A stretch of 61,878 bases of DNA, the filler included. It is 13 parts of 13 records of this genome, joined end to end, with 100 filler letters (N's around TTAATTAATTAA, not from the genome) between each part and the next. Parts side by side here need not be neighbours in the genome. Positions count along the whole stretch, not along the records: positions 45,494 to 48,573 come from SRR7504441_67875; positions 48,674 to 52,505 come from SRR7504441_67877; positions 52,606 to 58,778 come from SRR7504441_67884; positions 58,879 to 61,878 come from SRR7504441_67903; 9 more parts are not named here. One strand, written 5' to 3'. Both the position numbers and the translations under genes were made by a program. The notes beneath the pieces are model-generated. The model ran no database searches, was not told the origin of the DNA, and worked only from the letters and a program-made list of their open reading frames with translations. Positions 46,123 to 59,296 of this stretch are shown here, one piece after another (the stretch's first letter is position 1; each line of letters opens with the position of its first letter).

Positions 46123-46816
46123 ATGCCGGCCAAGCGTAAGGGGCTCAGCTTGGAGGAGAAGCGCGATAGAGTGCTCGCGTTGTTTCACGAGGGCAAGGAC
46201 GTGCTGCTGCACAAAGAAATCGGTGTGGGCTGGCCCACGTATGCGGCTTATTGGGCCTGCAGATAAGCAAGCCTCGGCCAGGGGAGTTGTTGCGCAGTCG
46301 ATCAAAGACGTGGTGAAGAGCCTCGTGGACGACGATCTAGTAGAGCAGGAGAAGATTGGGATACACAGCTGTTTCTGGAGCTTTCCCTCCAAGCTTCAGC
46401 ACGAGCAGCAGCAGAAGCGCGCCAAGCTAGAAACCCAGCTCGAGGCCAGTACAGCTGAGCGCGACAGACTGACCAACCAGCTCGATGCTGCAAAGGCTGG
46501 GAAGCATGACACCGAGGAGCGGCGCGCCAAGCTCGAGAGGCTGGCCGCCGGGCAGGCGACTCTGGCCAGTATCGCCAGTGAGCTCGGTGAATGCGAGGGA
46601 TCAAGCATCGAGTTTTATAAGCAGCTAAAGACCGAAATAGAGGAGGCGCGATCAGCAGTCAATCGCTGGACCGACAATCTGGACGCTGGGCGCTCCTACC
46701 TCAGGTGCTTTGCATCTCCCAGCCTCTGGCTGCTGAGCCTGGATTGATACAGGAAAAAGTGGCAATGCGAGCGGGCAGCGCTGGACAGCCTGTTCCCTGA
46801 AATGGAATACGTGTAG
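46123..46816 (+). CDS. MND1: Meiotic nuclear division protein 1
   Basis: KRKGLSLEEKR, KEI/DK, GVVAQSIKDVVKSLVDDDLV..EKIG...FWSFPS and NRWTDN. Introns at 46223-46262 and 46705-46752. Confidence 0.93.
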
Positions 46817-47239
46817 GCGATTGGCCGATTACAAGTAACGTTGCAGAGAAGCCCACTGTCTCAATCAACGCCATAGCAAGTGCAGCAACTCTTGGGCCCG
46901 GTCACATTTCTAACAACGTGCGTTCTAGTGACCGCCAGCCATCGCTGCATGGGTGTCACAACCTGAGCTATTGACCGGTTGTACTCGCGTACTCGTATGT
47001 ACCGGTACCTACTTCTGATATAAGCTCAAGATTAGCTCAAGATCTTCATGATTCAGACATCGACTGAGGTGATATCAAATCGCAACTAAACACACGACAC
47101 CGTACCTAGGCCTTGTCATTATAATCATCATGCATTCATGATCATAATACGTGTGTAATTCGTAGTAATTATTATTGCTTCTGCATCAGTGTTCCTCAGA
47201 TTCATAGCTTGAGGGCTTGAGCGCAACTTGAGCGCTTGA

Positions 47240-48569
47240 TCAAGGCCGCGGAGTCCGCACCGGGCTGCGGGTGCCAACGGCCTCCCGCACATTTTGCATT
47301 GTTTCCTCGGCCAGAGCTGTGGCTTTATCAGCACCCTCGTTTAACACTTGCTCCATGTAGCTCCTGTCGCCGCGCAGGCGGGCCAATTCAGACGCAATCG
47401 GTCCCAACCTCTCCACCTACCATTCTGCTCAGGCTGGCAGTGAGCCCATGCACACCGTCAACTCGGCTAGTGCGGCCTTAAACTGGCCCATTTTGCTGTC
47501 GGCAAATTGGCTGGCCACCGCCTCGACCGGCTGCTCGCTCAGGCAGCTGAAGATCCGAACCAAGTTGCTCACCTCCGGCCTGGTCTCCGGCTCAAAGCTC
47601 ACACCTGCCAGCTTGCTCTGGCTGCCCAGCTAGCTGCCCAGCGCCGTGGATGGCGTCGGTCTTGGCTTTGCGGATCTTCGCCGCAATTCGGTCGGGCGGA
47701 TCACCCAGATTAATTCGGCTGGGCCAGCGCTGAGCTGGCATCAGAGACATGCTGGTCACCTATTGTCATTTTCCGCTGATTTGGACATCTTGCTACCTCC
47801 ATCAATCAGGCTCATCACACGGGCGCCCTCGGCTGCCACACAGATTGGTCCGACAGGCCAGCTAGCCACACCTGGTAGCATGGTCTCGGGTGGCTCGAAC
47901 AGCCCTTGCCCGTATCTGGCGTTGGCAGCCCGGGCCAACTGCCTGGCCAGCTCCAGGTGCTGTTTCTGGTCCTCACCAACAGGTACGTGCGTGGCGCGGT
48001 AGACCAGGATGTCCGCCGCCTGGAGCACTGGGTAGGTGAGCAGCCCTACAGCCGCCTGCTCCTGCTGCTGCGACCCGCGTTTCACCTGACGGCCCACTAG
48101 CCCAACCCGGGGCTCGGGCTCGGGCCTTGAATTGGGTCATCCTTTGGAGCCAACCGAGCTGGGCCCGGGTGCTTAGAATCCACATCAGCTCGGTGTGCTG
48201 CGGTACCTGCCCCTGCCCTCCGGCCGACCCAGAGCCTGGCCTGCCTGCGACTGGACGAACAGCGTGCTCTGGGCAGGGCAGATCCCGCAGGCCAATAGCG
48301 TGGCCGCACAATCGATCACGACCTCCCGCAGCTCGCTCCCCGTTCCCTGCCGCTCGGCTGAGCCGCTGGCAGTCTAGCTGGGCGACCTGCCATCCAGTGA
48401 GCGCGTGCAGGTCCACAAGTGAGTAGAGGGTTTGCCGCCCGGGCTGCTGCAGCTGCACCCAGTGCTGAACCGCCCCCAGGTAGTTGCCCAGGTGCAGCGC
48501 CCCGGTCGGCTGCACCCCGGACAGGATCCTTGTGCACAGCCCCCGCCGGACAGCGGACATTCGGTGCAT
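47240..48569 (-). CDS. WARS2: Tryptophanyl-tRNA synthetase, bacterial/mitochondrial type
   Basis: Short Arg-rich leader, [57 protein letters not shown] and KMSKS; multiple tiny introns. Confidence 0.9.
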
Positions 48570-48673
48570 AGCCNNNNNNNNNNNNNNNNNNNNNNNNNNN
48601 NNNNNNNNNNNNNNNNNTTAATTAATTAANNNNNNNNNNNNNNNNNNNNNNNNNNNNNNNNNNNNNNNNNNNN

Positions 48674-48853
48674 CGACACGGGCGCCGGCAGCTCGAGCTC
48701 GGCTGCCCCGGGGCCGGCGCTCACGCCGATCAGCTGCGGCCCGAGCAGCTCGAGCGACAGGTCCGCCGCCCCAGCCGCCCCAGGCGCCCGACCGCGCACT
48801 TCCAGCCGCCCCGGGTCGGCGCTATCGGCCAGCCACAGCTCCAGCTCGCCCAT
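48674..48853 (-). CDS. 5' end of an unknown protein (3' truncated)
   Basis: [11 protein letters not shown]... open to the contig edge, divergent from ALDH. Confidence 0.35.
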
Positions 48854-48941
48854 GCTGGGCCCACGAGCGACAGGCACGTCCGTCCGGCGCGGCTGCAGCT
48901 GTCCGGCGCGGGCAAAAAATCGAGCGGAGCCGAGCCCTGCC

Positions 48942-50624
48942 ATGAGCCCGACTCTGGCTCGATTGGAGTGGGTTCCGCTGCCGGCCGACCTGGTCAGCGG
49001 GCTCTTTACCGCCCTGTTTATGATATTCGGGTACCTGGTCTACAACGCCGTCACGAGCTGCAAGCCGCCGGTCGCGCCCAACTCGGCCCCGCCCGCCCGC
49101 CGGACCGCGGCTCCAGAGAGCCAGCCCGTGCCTCGAGTGCCGGCTTCGACCAAGCCGGGCGATGTGGTCGTCCGGTACACGCAGCTCTTCATCGGGAACC
49201 GCTGGCTCGATGCCGAAGAGGGCGGCACTTTTGAGACGATCAACCCAGCCACCGAAGCTCCGATCGCCTCAGTGTCCCGCGCCACCCAACCCGACGTCGA
49301 CAAGGCGGTCGCTGCGGCCCAGGCAGCGTTCCAGCTCGGGTCGGAGTGGCGCTCGATCGACGCCTCCGAGCGCGGGGTGATGCTGTACCGGCTGGCAGAC
49401 CTGATGGAGCTCAATCGGGCCGAGCTGGCCGCACTCGAGGCCGCCGACAGTGGCAAAACGTACAGCGACGCGTTCAGTAAGGACCTTTGGCTGGCGATAA
49501 AGTGCTTTAGGTACTACTCGGGCTGGGCCGACAAGGTGCAGGGCAAGACAGTCCCGGTGGATGGTCCGTACTTCAGCTTCACCAGGCATGAGCCAGTTGG
49601 TGTGGTCGGAGCTATCATTCCGTGGAACTTCCCAATCCTGATGCTCGCCTGGAAGCTAGCCCCGGCGCTCTGCTGCGGCAACGTGGTGGTGCTCAAGCCC
49701 GCCGAGCAGACCCCGCTGACCGCTCTCCGGATTGCGTCACTCGTGGCTGAGGCCGGCTTCCCGCCTGGTGTGGTGAATGTCGTCCCTGGGTTCGGACACG
49801 AAGCCGGCTCCGCGATCTCGTCGCACATGCACGTGGACAAGGTCGCCTTCACCGGCTCCACCAAGGTCGGCCGGCTGGTCCAATCTGCCGCGGCCAACTC
49901 CAACCTGAAGAACGTTACTCTCGAGCTTGGAGGCAAGAGCCCAGTGATTGTTTACAACGACGCCGACATAGACCTGGCCGTCGAGGCAGCCCACCAGGCG
50001 CTCTTCTTCAACGCGGGCCAGTGCTGCGCCGCGGGTTCCAGGACCTTCGTGCAGGCGGAGGTGTATGATGAGTTTGTTCGCAAGTGTGTGACCCGAGCCA
50101 AGACGCGAGTGGTAGGCGACCCGATGGAGCGCGGGGTTGAGCAGGGGCCCCAAGTTAGCCAGGCCCAACTAGACTCTGTGCTTGGGTATATAGAGAAGGG
50201 CAAGCGCGACGGCGCCAAGCTGATGTGCGGCGGGCGGCGCCGGGGCTCAACTGGGTACTTTGTAGAACCCACAGTGTTCAGCGGAGTGACGGATCAGATG
50301 ACAATCGCCCGGGAGGAGATATTTGGGCCGGTGCAAACCATCCTCAAGTTCCGTACAGTGGAAGAATCGATCGAGAGGGCCAACTCGTCCCAGTATGGGC
50401 TTGCCTCGGCTGTATTCACCCAGAGTCTGGATTTGGCTCTCAAGGCAGCGTCGGAGATCCGTGCAGGTACGCTGTGGGTCAACTGCTACGATGTGCTCGA
50501 ATCTTCTGTCCCGTTTGGAGGCTTCAAACAGTCTGGCCTGGGGCGGGAGCTCGGAGAGTACGGGCTGCAGCAGTACTCTGAGGTCAAAACTGTCACCATC
50601 AAGCTCGCCTCCAAGAACTCATAA
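48942..50624 (+). CDS. Aldehyde dehydrogenase (ALDH1/2-like) with an N-terminal hydrophobic anchor
   Basis: [38 protein letters not shown] (catalytic Cys), EEIFGP and PFGGFKQSG; intronless. Confidence 0.95.
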   Translation: MSPTLARLEWVPLPADLVSGLFTALFMIFGYLVYNAVTSCKPPVAPNSAPPARRTAAPESQPVPRVPASTKPGDVVVRYTQLFIGNRWLDAEEGGTFETINPATEAPIASVSRATQPDVDKAVAAAQAAFQLGSEWRSIDASERGVMLYRLADLMELNRAELAALEAADSGKTYSDAFSKDLWLAIKCFRYYSGWADKVQGKTVPVDGPYFSFTRHEPVGVVGAIIPWNFPILMLAWKLAPALCCGNVVVLKPAEQTPLTALRIASLVAEAGFPPGVVNVVPGFGHEAGSAISSHMHVDKVAFTGSTKVGRLVQSAAANSNLKNVTLELGGKSPVIVYNDADIDLAVEAAHQALFFNAGQCCAAGSRTFVQAEVYDEFVRKCVTRAKTRVVGDPMERGVEQGPQVSQAQLDSVLGYIEKGKRDGAKLMCGGRRRGSTGYFVEPTVFSGVTDQMTIAREEIFGPVQTILKFRTVEESIERANSSQYGLASAVFTQSLDLALKAASEIRAGTLWVNCYDVLESSVPFGGFKQSGLGRELGEYGLQQYSEVKTVTIKLASKNS

Positions 50625-50725
50625 ACAACTCTAGCAACTCTAGCTACTCACACTAGTCAGACGACAGCTTTTCAAATAGTTACAGATGAAACTGATGTAT
50701 CATCGCGCCTACATAATTAATGATA

Positions 50726-52274
50726 TCATGCCCACGCAGAATTAGCTTGCGATTGGCTATCCAAGTTATCGTTGCCAGGCAACTTCTCGGCCTGTTGCAC
50801 TGCATATATCACCACCGGCAACCACTCCTGCGCCCACTCATTGTCAGACCTCGCCGCCAGCGTGCCGCTACCATGTTCTCGGTCAGCATCGTGGCGCTCT
50901 CGCGCAAAGCGTTTATTACCCCATTCTCGATGCTCTTTTGGATCTCACTTTTCATCAGCGACAGCCCAGCGTTGTAGAACCACGACCCGGTGGATTCAAA
51001 CACATTCATCTCCAGCTCCTACCACTGGCTGGCGCGCGCCGGGCCGTGAGCGAACCTCGATAGAGACCTCTAGCGGCTCCACATGCAGCCTAAAGCTCTT
51101 ACTACTCCACAGCGAGCCCGCCCGCTGGCCCGCAGTCCCGCCCAGCCTCCGCCGCGGGCACCTTGTCGCTCCGCCCTTCAACGTCCTTGACCTCTGTCCA
51201 CAGCCTACACCTGACTCGTGCCCCCGACGCGTGAGCAGTGAACCGGCCTTGACTCGACATCCGCGGGAATGCGATCTATCCCCAAACTCAGCCACGCAGC
51301 CGCCGAGTCGGCCAGCCTGGGCCCATTGCCAGAACACGTTCTGCACCCCGGCGGCCAGCTGGCTGAACTCGATCGTCATCCCGTCCGGGCCAACCGAAAC
51401 TTCGACTGACGAGCAGTCGGAGTATGTGATCTCTATCGAGAGCTCCGACGCATGCATGTCTAACTGACCCAAGAACGAGTCCGCTTGCAGCTGGACCGGA
51501 GTCAGCGCTGGGCGGGGCGGGGCGGGGCACATTCAGCGGCGGCATTTGGATCGCCTTTATCCGTTGCATCACGAAAGGGAGCACTTGATCTTTGATTTGA
51601 TCCAATGCCGCATCGTCAACCTGCACCGGCTCAGCCAGCCCGGGCCGGATGAGCTGCCTTCATCGGGGTCGGCTCTATTGAAAGGTCGATCTCCCGGGCT
51701 CTGTCTACCACGGTCGCGTGACTGCTCCACAAGACCTGCCACCGCTCGCACCTCGGCTGCGCTCTGACAGCACCTGATGCATGCCATCCACCCGCGCTGT
51801 CAGCGCCTGGGCCGCCTGGTCCAGCCCCTCCAGCGCTCCCCGGAGCGCCCGCTGCTCCGCCCCCCGGCTCTCCCGCGCCTGCCCCCGCTCGCCAGCCGCC
51901 CACCACCGGCCGCACCCCTGACCGCGGTTGCTCCGGCCGGTCGACATAGGAGCAGCGGTACAAGAGCCGGTCGGCCCGGTCCTCCTTAGCGTGCGTCATC
52001 TCCGATTGCGCCGCCCGCAGCGCGGCCGAGCTGGAGGCCGCCAGCCCCGGCACCGAGTCCGGCTTGACGTAGCGGGCCCGACTGCACCCAGCTCGCCGGC
52101 CCTGGCCCGGCCCGCACCCGCTCGGTTCGCCGCGCGGGTCGGCAGGCCCGGGCTGATCGTCCTCCGCGGCCAGCACGCAGGCGACGGCCAGCTCGGTGTT
52201 GCCGCGGAAGGCGTCCAGGGCCTGGGGGGCTGGCCGGGCCGGGGTGGCGCGGAGACCTGCTCGAGCTCAGCCAT
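50726..52274 (-). CDS. Multi-exon protein with a probable BPI/LBP (TULIP) lipid-binding domain
   Basis: DDAALDQIKDQVLPFVMQRIKAIQMP opening helix, beta-rich middle and SWFYNAGLSLMKSEIQKSIE closing helix; pattern-level match only. Confidence 0.45.
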
Positions 52275-52605
52275 GTGGAACGGGTGGAGTGCGGCGTAGC
52301 ACAGCTGCGGGCGGGTCAGGCAGGGCCGGAGCGGGCGGCACGTGGGTCTGCGGGCCCATCCCCCGCCGGAGCAACTGCCCGTCGCCGCTCTCCTCCCGGG
52401 GCAGGGCGCTCATCGTCTCGATATTCTCTCTTTTTTTGGGGGGATTTTCTCAAATGTGGAGGGTACCTGGTACCAGGTAGCGGGAGAGATGTTCTCAGAT
52501 GTGGANNNNNNNNNNNNNNNNNNNNNNNNNNNNNNNNNNNNNNNNNNNNTTAATTAATTAANNNNNNNNNNNNNNNNNNNNNNNNNNNNNNNNNNNNNNN
52601 NNNNN

Positions 52606-55600
52606 CCGCTCCGAGCACAGAAGCCCCCAGCGCAGCCCCCACTACAGGAACTCCCAGTCAGGCCCCGACCACAGGCGCCCCGACCACGGCAGCGCCCACC
52701 ACGGCAGCGCCGACCCAGGCCCCGACAGGAGCTCCGACCACAGCAGCTCCCACGCTGTCACCGACAACCGGGGCGCCAACAACAAGCGCCCCCACCACAG
52801 GAGCCCCGACCCAGGCACCGACGGCTGCGGGCCCGTTTTCACTCAATTTGGTGGTTTATCCACCCGAAGGCGGTGAGAGCGAGGAACACCGCGCGCTGGC
52901 CAACCTGACATATCTCGTTCTCGAGTGTGCGGCTCAGCAAGTCAAGGGTCATCCGATCAGTGTAGGATATTACTATGGCTCGGATGCTGTGCTATTTGAG
53001 GAGCAGATGTACAATTTGTCCGTGCGTACGGATGGCTACAGCCGGAATACCGGTTTTGTAACAAGCGATACTCGTGACGGCTACCAGGTGATGATGAGAA
53101 CTCAGTCCCTCGACGGGTCAGCTGGTCCGCCTGTGCTGGTGATCTGGCCGGTGGCTCGCAAGCTCTGGAAGCTGAACAAAATGCTCCAAGTGGATTTGCT
53201 TCCACACATGTTCGCAATGCACCCGCCGGTCAACTTGGATGCCCTCTACTGGGTGATGCGACAGCTCGCATGGCGGTCTGTGTACATAGTGCAGGATACG
53301 GCTGCACACGCCTACACCGCTGCAGCTTTGGGCCATTGGAATGAGCTGAATGGAGAGCCGATTGTCATCGCAGGGTCAATTGATGTGAATCGGACAATGT
53401 CCAATAGCACATTGGACAGCCTTCTAGAGCACGCGGGGGGTGTTGGAGCGAGGCTCTTCTTGCTCATGACGGATGAGCAAGCTGTGTTTGAAGCGGTGGT
53501 GAGCTCAGCGCGTCGGATTGGGCTGTGGAATAACACTGCTTGGATAACCAATGATCAGTTGGCCTGGTGGCCAATGACATCCTCTGACCCGAGCTTGTAC
53601 GATGGGGTGCTGATTCTGGGACCGGATACCACCATTCACGCCCATGGCACCGCGTGGCTGACGAGCATGTGCCCGTCGCTGGCAAGCGTTAATAGCCAGT
53701 ATCTGACAGAGAGCGCTATGCAACTTGAGCTAGCGTTCGATGCGGTCACTGTAGTTGCTGCAGCATTAGAGTTGGTACCTGCTGCAGCGTTGGAGGCCGG
53801 GGTGACCCAAGCCGAGCTTCTCGATGCGCTCCACAGCGTGAACACCGAAGGCTTCACTGGCCAGCTAAACTTTCCGAGATCGAATGATTCCAGTTCTGCA
53901 ACCGAGCGCTGGACAAGTTGGCACCTTTACAATAGCTATGTGCCGACATTGGCAACCGATCCGCGGTGGAGACAGACCCCGTGGGCCATACGCAGTGTCT
54001 CAGAGCCCCTGGTGGTTTCGGTAGATGGAAATGTCACTGGGGAAATCGACTCAAGCAGTATCTTCTGGCCGTGTGAAACTGACCAAAGCACCGCGGCCTG
54101 CCGGTCACGCAAGCCCCCGTGCTTTGGTAAGTTTGATATGGGTGGGATACTCTCATACATAGGGATCCGTTGCGCCGCCGAGTGGGCAATTTCCAAATTT
54201 AACGAGAACAAATGCTCTGACTCCGACAAAGCAGGTAGAAAGCCGTTTTGTGAGCATAATCTGTCGTTGAAGATGGATTGGAACAGCCAGCGCCTGGATA
54301 CGTATGGCTCGTTTGTGGAGAGGTCTACAGCGGTAGCCGCCCAGTACGTCGATCTTAGTGACTCGAAGCCGCTTGGAAAGGTGCGATTAATTGCAAGTGT
54401 TTGCTCACGGAGGCTCCACGGACAGGTTGGCTTCCTCGGACCAGGATGGTCCCGGCTTGGCGAGGACTTATCGAACTTGCAAAGCTTTACAGACCTCGGA
54501 TTTCCAGTGCCAATGATCGACCCAGCAGCATTTAGCTCTAGCCTGAATAACAAATATTGGAACCCGTACTGGATGAGCACCAACATTGATGCAGATTATG
54601 TCACAGCGGCAATGGCATCGGCTTTTAAGGTGTGCTGCCAACACATGGCCTGGGCTAGATATCGGATAACCCTCTCCTGGCACTGATGACCTGGCAGGCT
54701 CTACAAATCCCACGAACTGGGGTTTTTATAGGCAAGATGAGTGCAAGCGTGGCTGATATCAGCGATGCCTGGATGGCTGCCTATTTGGTAGCCCATGCGT
54801 GCGACTTGCCTGGTATGACCTTGATGGTAGGAGCAAATGACTCTAGCTGGCTTCAACTATTCACAATTGGTTACATTGCAACTTCACCAGGACGAGTATA
54901 TGCGTTTTGATTGGAAGCGCTTTGAGTATGATGCTAGAATGTTCGCTAGATATGCACCGCCTGTGTTCGTTTCTCTGACTCCAGGATATGACATGATTCT
55001 AGACCAAGATATGCAGGATAGAAACGGCTTTGCATCAGCTTACCAGTTCATAGACGAACTCATTGAAGTGTTCTACAAAAACCACCTCGCCGGAAGCCCA
55101 GGGACTATATACGTCGGAAACATTGGACAGAAGCTTGTCCTTTCCGAACTTCTTTCGAATCCCTCATTAGGCGGGTTCGCGTCAGAACATTGGAGTGTAT
55201 TTAGCGGTGCACTATTGTTTGATCGGTTGGAACCATACCGCGATTTCCAAGCAGGTTCCGCATTCGGTAGATAGATTGTGACTGGTTGACCAGGTGTTTC
55301 TCAATTTTGTCGCCAAGATTATCCAGAATATACTTGGGATGACGGCGCAATGGCGTATGCTGATTACGCATTCGCCGCAGTGCAGTCATTCTATGATTCA
55401 CTGCACCAGCTAATGCTCGATGGTCACATGCCCATCCAAGCCTACAATGGGGTCTGCCTGTCCCGTGGATTTCACTGAGGGCCATTTGTCTGCAGACTCT
55501 CATGAATTTCTATTTGAGAGAAACAAGTGTTGACAACCCAGGGCTCATGCCTGACCTCATCGATTATTTTACCTTTCAGATGACCAACTTCTCGACACCG

Positions 55601-58506
55601 ACAGCTGGGATGACCACCCGCACTGATTTCTCTGACGAAACTGGTGGGCGACTCTTGTCTACTTGATCTGCAGCTTACGCGCTTGTTGCAGGAGAACTGA
55701 AACAACCTATCAGCGTGCTCTCTGTTCATCGGCAAGTCGAGGTGTACAATCTCAATTGTTTGATGCAGCAGGTTCCTGGGCCGTCCGGAGCCGAATTGCC
55801 AGGGGCACCGGTGCCTCCACCACCGCTTATATGGACGTGCCGAGCTCCAGGATCCAGGCGCACCACTGGAATTGTGAATCGTCTATTCTCTATTGATAGT
55901 GCTAACTCGACCCTTCAAGAGCTCAGCACCTCGACTCCAGCCATGTGGGGACAAGATGTCTTTTCAAGCCTCTCGGAAATGCTCAGTTCGAGCTGTACGA
56001 GGAAGGACGATGCCAAGTGTCCTGCTGGTACGTATTGGCACGAGGACAACTGTAAGATTTGCGCAGAGGGTACCTATAGGGAGTATGAATCCTCCAATGA
56101 CGCTTGTGATCTGTGCCCAAGAGGATCGTCTTCAGATCCCGCGTCCCAGTCGTCACGCGACTGCAAGTGCTCTGCTGAGCGGATGTACGACTCCAATCAG
56201 TCAAAATTCCAGTGCATTGATTGTGGTGACCATTGGCACTGCCCAATGCTCGTCGAAATGGGATACTCAAATTTTCTGTACATGCCTGCGAATGGCTACT
56301 GGTCGTCATGTGGTGACCCAAACACCTGTGAGGTGTACCAATGCACGGTGAAGGACGCGTGCACTGGGCCGTCACGGCTGAACCCCAAAGGGATGGCCCC
56401 TGGATGCTATACACCCAGGCACATTGGGCAAGATGGAATCCTTTACGATTTTAACTCAACTTGTATCTGCGCTGATAATACGCATGGCATCACCTGCGCA
56501 TTGCCGAATGATGGTTATTTCAACCATGGGAATACGAAACTGCCCGAATCGTGCTCTGGCGCGTGGGTGTTCTTTGTGCTGAGCACGGGACTCACGCTGG
56601 TACTTATTGGGCTGCTCACCTGGCTGTTCTTGACCGACGGATTCCAAAAAACGAAATCTCCTCGAGGTGCTATAGCATTTGTCGTGATCAGCAACGCGCA
56701 GCTCATGGGCACCATTTATGATTTGTACACAGCTGAAGCTGATTTTGACTTTGATATAAAGACGCTTGACAGCATTTTCATGTTCATGCGGATTCTGTCT
56801 GGAAGCGGGCCATTCACCTCGATCGTTATGCTCACTGAATGTAACGAAATGAACTTGTTTTTCGGTGAAGACGACTTTGGTCATGAAGCGCTCGTCTGGC
56901 AGGCCGTGTGTGTTCTCTGTACAGTGTTGATACCTGCAATCATATACAAAGGGTGCCTAAAGGCAGTTTGGTTCAAAGGCAAACTTGATGGCTGCCGGGG
57001 GAAGTCACAGGATGACTTGAACTATATGCAGCGCAAGAAGCTCGAGGAAAAAAGAGCCTTGCAGCGCGTTACTTTCCAGGTCTGGGCTGTTGCAATGACT
57101 ATCATTTCTCTGTTTCTCATTACACCCGCTGCAGCAGCAGCAATTCTGAAGTACTTTAATTGCTGGGAGGTTGAAAATGTATCCTACCTCCGCCTAGACA
57201 TGCACATTGAATGTTGGACCTCTACGCACAGTATACTTGCTGGAGCTGTGGCGGTGCCAATTCTGTTCTTCATTGGAGTTGTTGTGCCTTTAGCTCAAAA
57301 GACTTACCTCTATTGGCACGTGGCTGAGGTCCAGCAGCGACAGAAGGGCAAATTTGTGACACGCGCTTGTGGAATGCTCTTCCTTCCATTCGGCACTGGC
57401 TTTTGGCACTGGTCTGGGATCGTGTACGTGCGCAAGGTCCTGCGCAGTCCAATGCTGGCGACTAACTCGCTTTCTTGCAGATCCTGTTTGTTGCAGCCAT
57501 GGTCTGCCTCAGACCGATTGGTGCGACTTCCCAATCAGTCGTTGGATTTCTGATTTTGAATATTGCTTCTTTGCTTCAATTGAAAAATAAGCCATATTAT
57601 TTCGATGTCCCGGACTTGCTAGAGACAGTGTCGCTCTGCTCGCTTCAAGGTGACATTCGCCTAAGGATTGGGCTGATTGGGTGGTGGTTCAGTTGCGCTG
57701 TTGATGTTTATAATTGGAGAAGACGTTGCTGGTGGCAAAACGGGAGCTATCGTGGCCTTTGTAGGCTTCTTGCTCACAATGCTTGCACAGATCGCCACAG
57801 CGGTTTGGATGGCCTACCAAAACAGCGACACTGCGACGCTGCACGAGATTCGCAAGCACAAAATCAAACGGTACCGGTATGATCACAAGGAGGGGATGGT
57901 GTACCGCACAGATCAGGTATGCGCTGAGTTGCCTGGGCATTAATACAAGGACAGATACTGGAGGAGAGCCAACCGAGTCAGTTCAAGTGTGAGTGGTGTG
58001 GCGGAGAATTCTTCTCTCAGGACGAGTGGCAAGATCACCAGCTTTTCTGCAGTGCAAAGCCTTCTTTGCTCAGAGCGGAGCCATCCAAGAAGGAAGACGA
58101 GTACGGTAAGCCTGAAGTGGAGGCGCCAAAGACACGGGATGGTTTCAAAACAGAGGGGGTTGAAGGTGCTGCAACGAGCGAGGTTGAGCTCACACAGCAG
58201 GGCATTGTGGTGGTTGACGTCCTGCAGCCATGGGATGATAGCAATGGGACCTCTAGATCTCCACCAAAGCGCGACACGGGCACGGAAACTGGTACAGAAA
58301 ATCGTGTCCTAGGTGCAGGGCTCGGCTTTGAAGAAGATGAGGAATCAGACACCGCCGAGCATAGCAAACAGGAGAGGAAGGCAGAGAGACGCAAGAAAGG
58401 TGCCAAGGAGCGGAAGCAAAAACGGAGGCAAAGAAGCGAACGAACGGACCGCGGCCCGGACGGCAAGACGGAGGCATCGCTCTCAGCTGGAATTCGGTTC
58501 ATTTGA
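52606..58506 (+). CDS. Large receptor-like protein: APT mucin stalk, tandem Venus-flytrap-like domains, Cys-rich repeats, multi-TM domain, charged tail (5' truncated)
   Basis: LAFDAVTVVAAAL..EGFTGQLNF and GFLGPGWS..FPVPMIDPAAFSSSLNNK (ANF-receptor-like); CPAGTY..CKICAEGTY..CDLCPRGS; TM region with YLRLDMHIECW; many short introns. Confidence 0.72.
52612..52830 (+). repeat. Coding Ala-Pro-Thr repeats (APTTAAPT)
   Basis: About 14 imperfect APT units in frame with the ORF at 52848. Confidence 0.8.
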
Positions 58507-58878
58507 AATTCGGTTCATTAAAGAGTTTTTGAACCTATACATGTACTTGTATCTAGTCTAGTATCATTGTTCCGAGATGAGGTGTACCTAGATCTACGTT
58601 TACTCAGTACGTTGCAGTACGTTGTACGAGTATTGTACAGTACTTGCCGGCCCCCACGAAGTCCGTTGCTGCTGAGTGCTGACCTACAGGGCCACCCGCA
58701 ATGTCCTGGTTCTCCTCCGGAAAGGAGGAGGATGCGGAGGAGCCCACCGCGGAGGAGCCGCCAGCGGAGGAGCCGCCANNNNNNNNNNNNNNNNNNNNNN
58801 NNNNNNNNNNNNNNNNNNNNNNTTAATTAATTAANNNNNNNNNNNNNNNNNNNNNNNNNNNNNNNNNNNNNNNNNNNN

Positions 58879-59206
58879 ACGTAGAGTGTAACATGGTCGA
58901 ACGTACCATAAGTGCGAGTACGCGCAGCGTCGGGTGTGTCACCTCAACGAACGGTCGCGCGGACACCATCTGAACTCGCTGCGGCGTCGGGCGGACCAGC
59001 AGCTGCGGCGTCGGGCGCGTGAACGCGGATTTGGGTCGCGAGTCGTCAGACGAGTTGTGTGCGACGACCCGCTCGCTCGGCCGGTCCATCTCAACGCGCG
59101 GGTCCGATTCCAGGCTCCTCCCAGCCTCCGAGCTTAAGGCTTGCTCGGCCAACGGCCCAGGCTCCGACATGCTCGCCCGGGGCGCTGGGCCAACTTGGAG
59201 GCTCAT
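58879..59206 (-). CDS. 5' part of an unknown protein (3' truncated)
   Basis: ATG-initiated frame open to the contig edge, with an RPTPQ repeat. Confidence 0.4.
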
Positions 59207-59296
59207 GGTAGGGGCACACGCGGTTACAGTCCCGCCACGAGCTCGCGTAATCACCCAAGCCACGAGATTTTCATTGTGCCAAAAGTTTAATAATCA

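Noticed and set aside
6489-58878. Regularly recurring TTAATTAATTAA between N runs as a biological repeat or CRISPR-like array
   Set aside because: Fixed 44-N flanks and six-frame stops identify a synthetic contig linker; ORFs containing X runs are artefacts.
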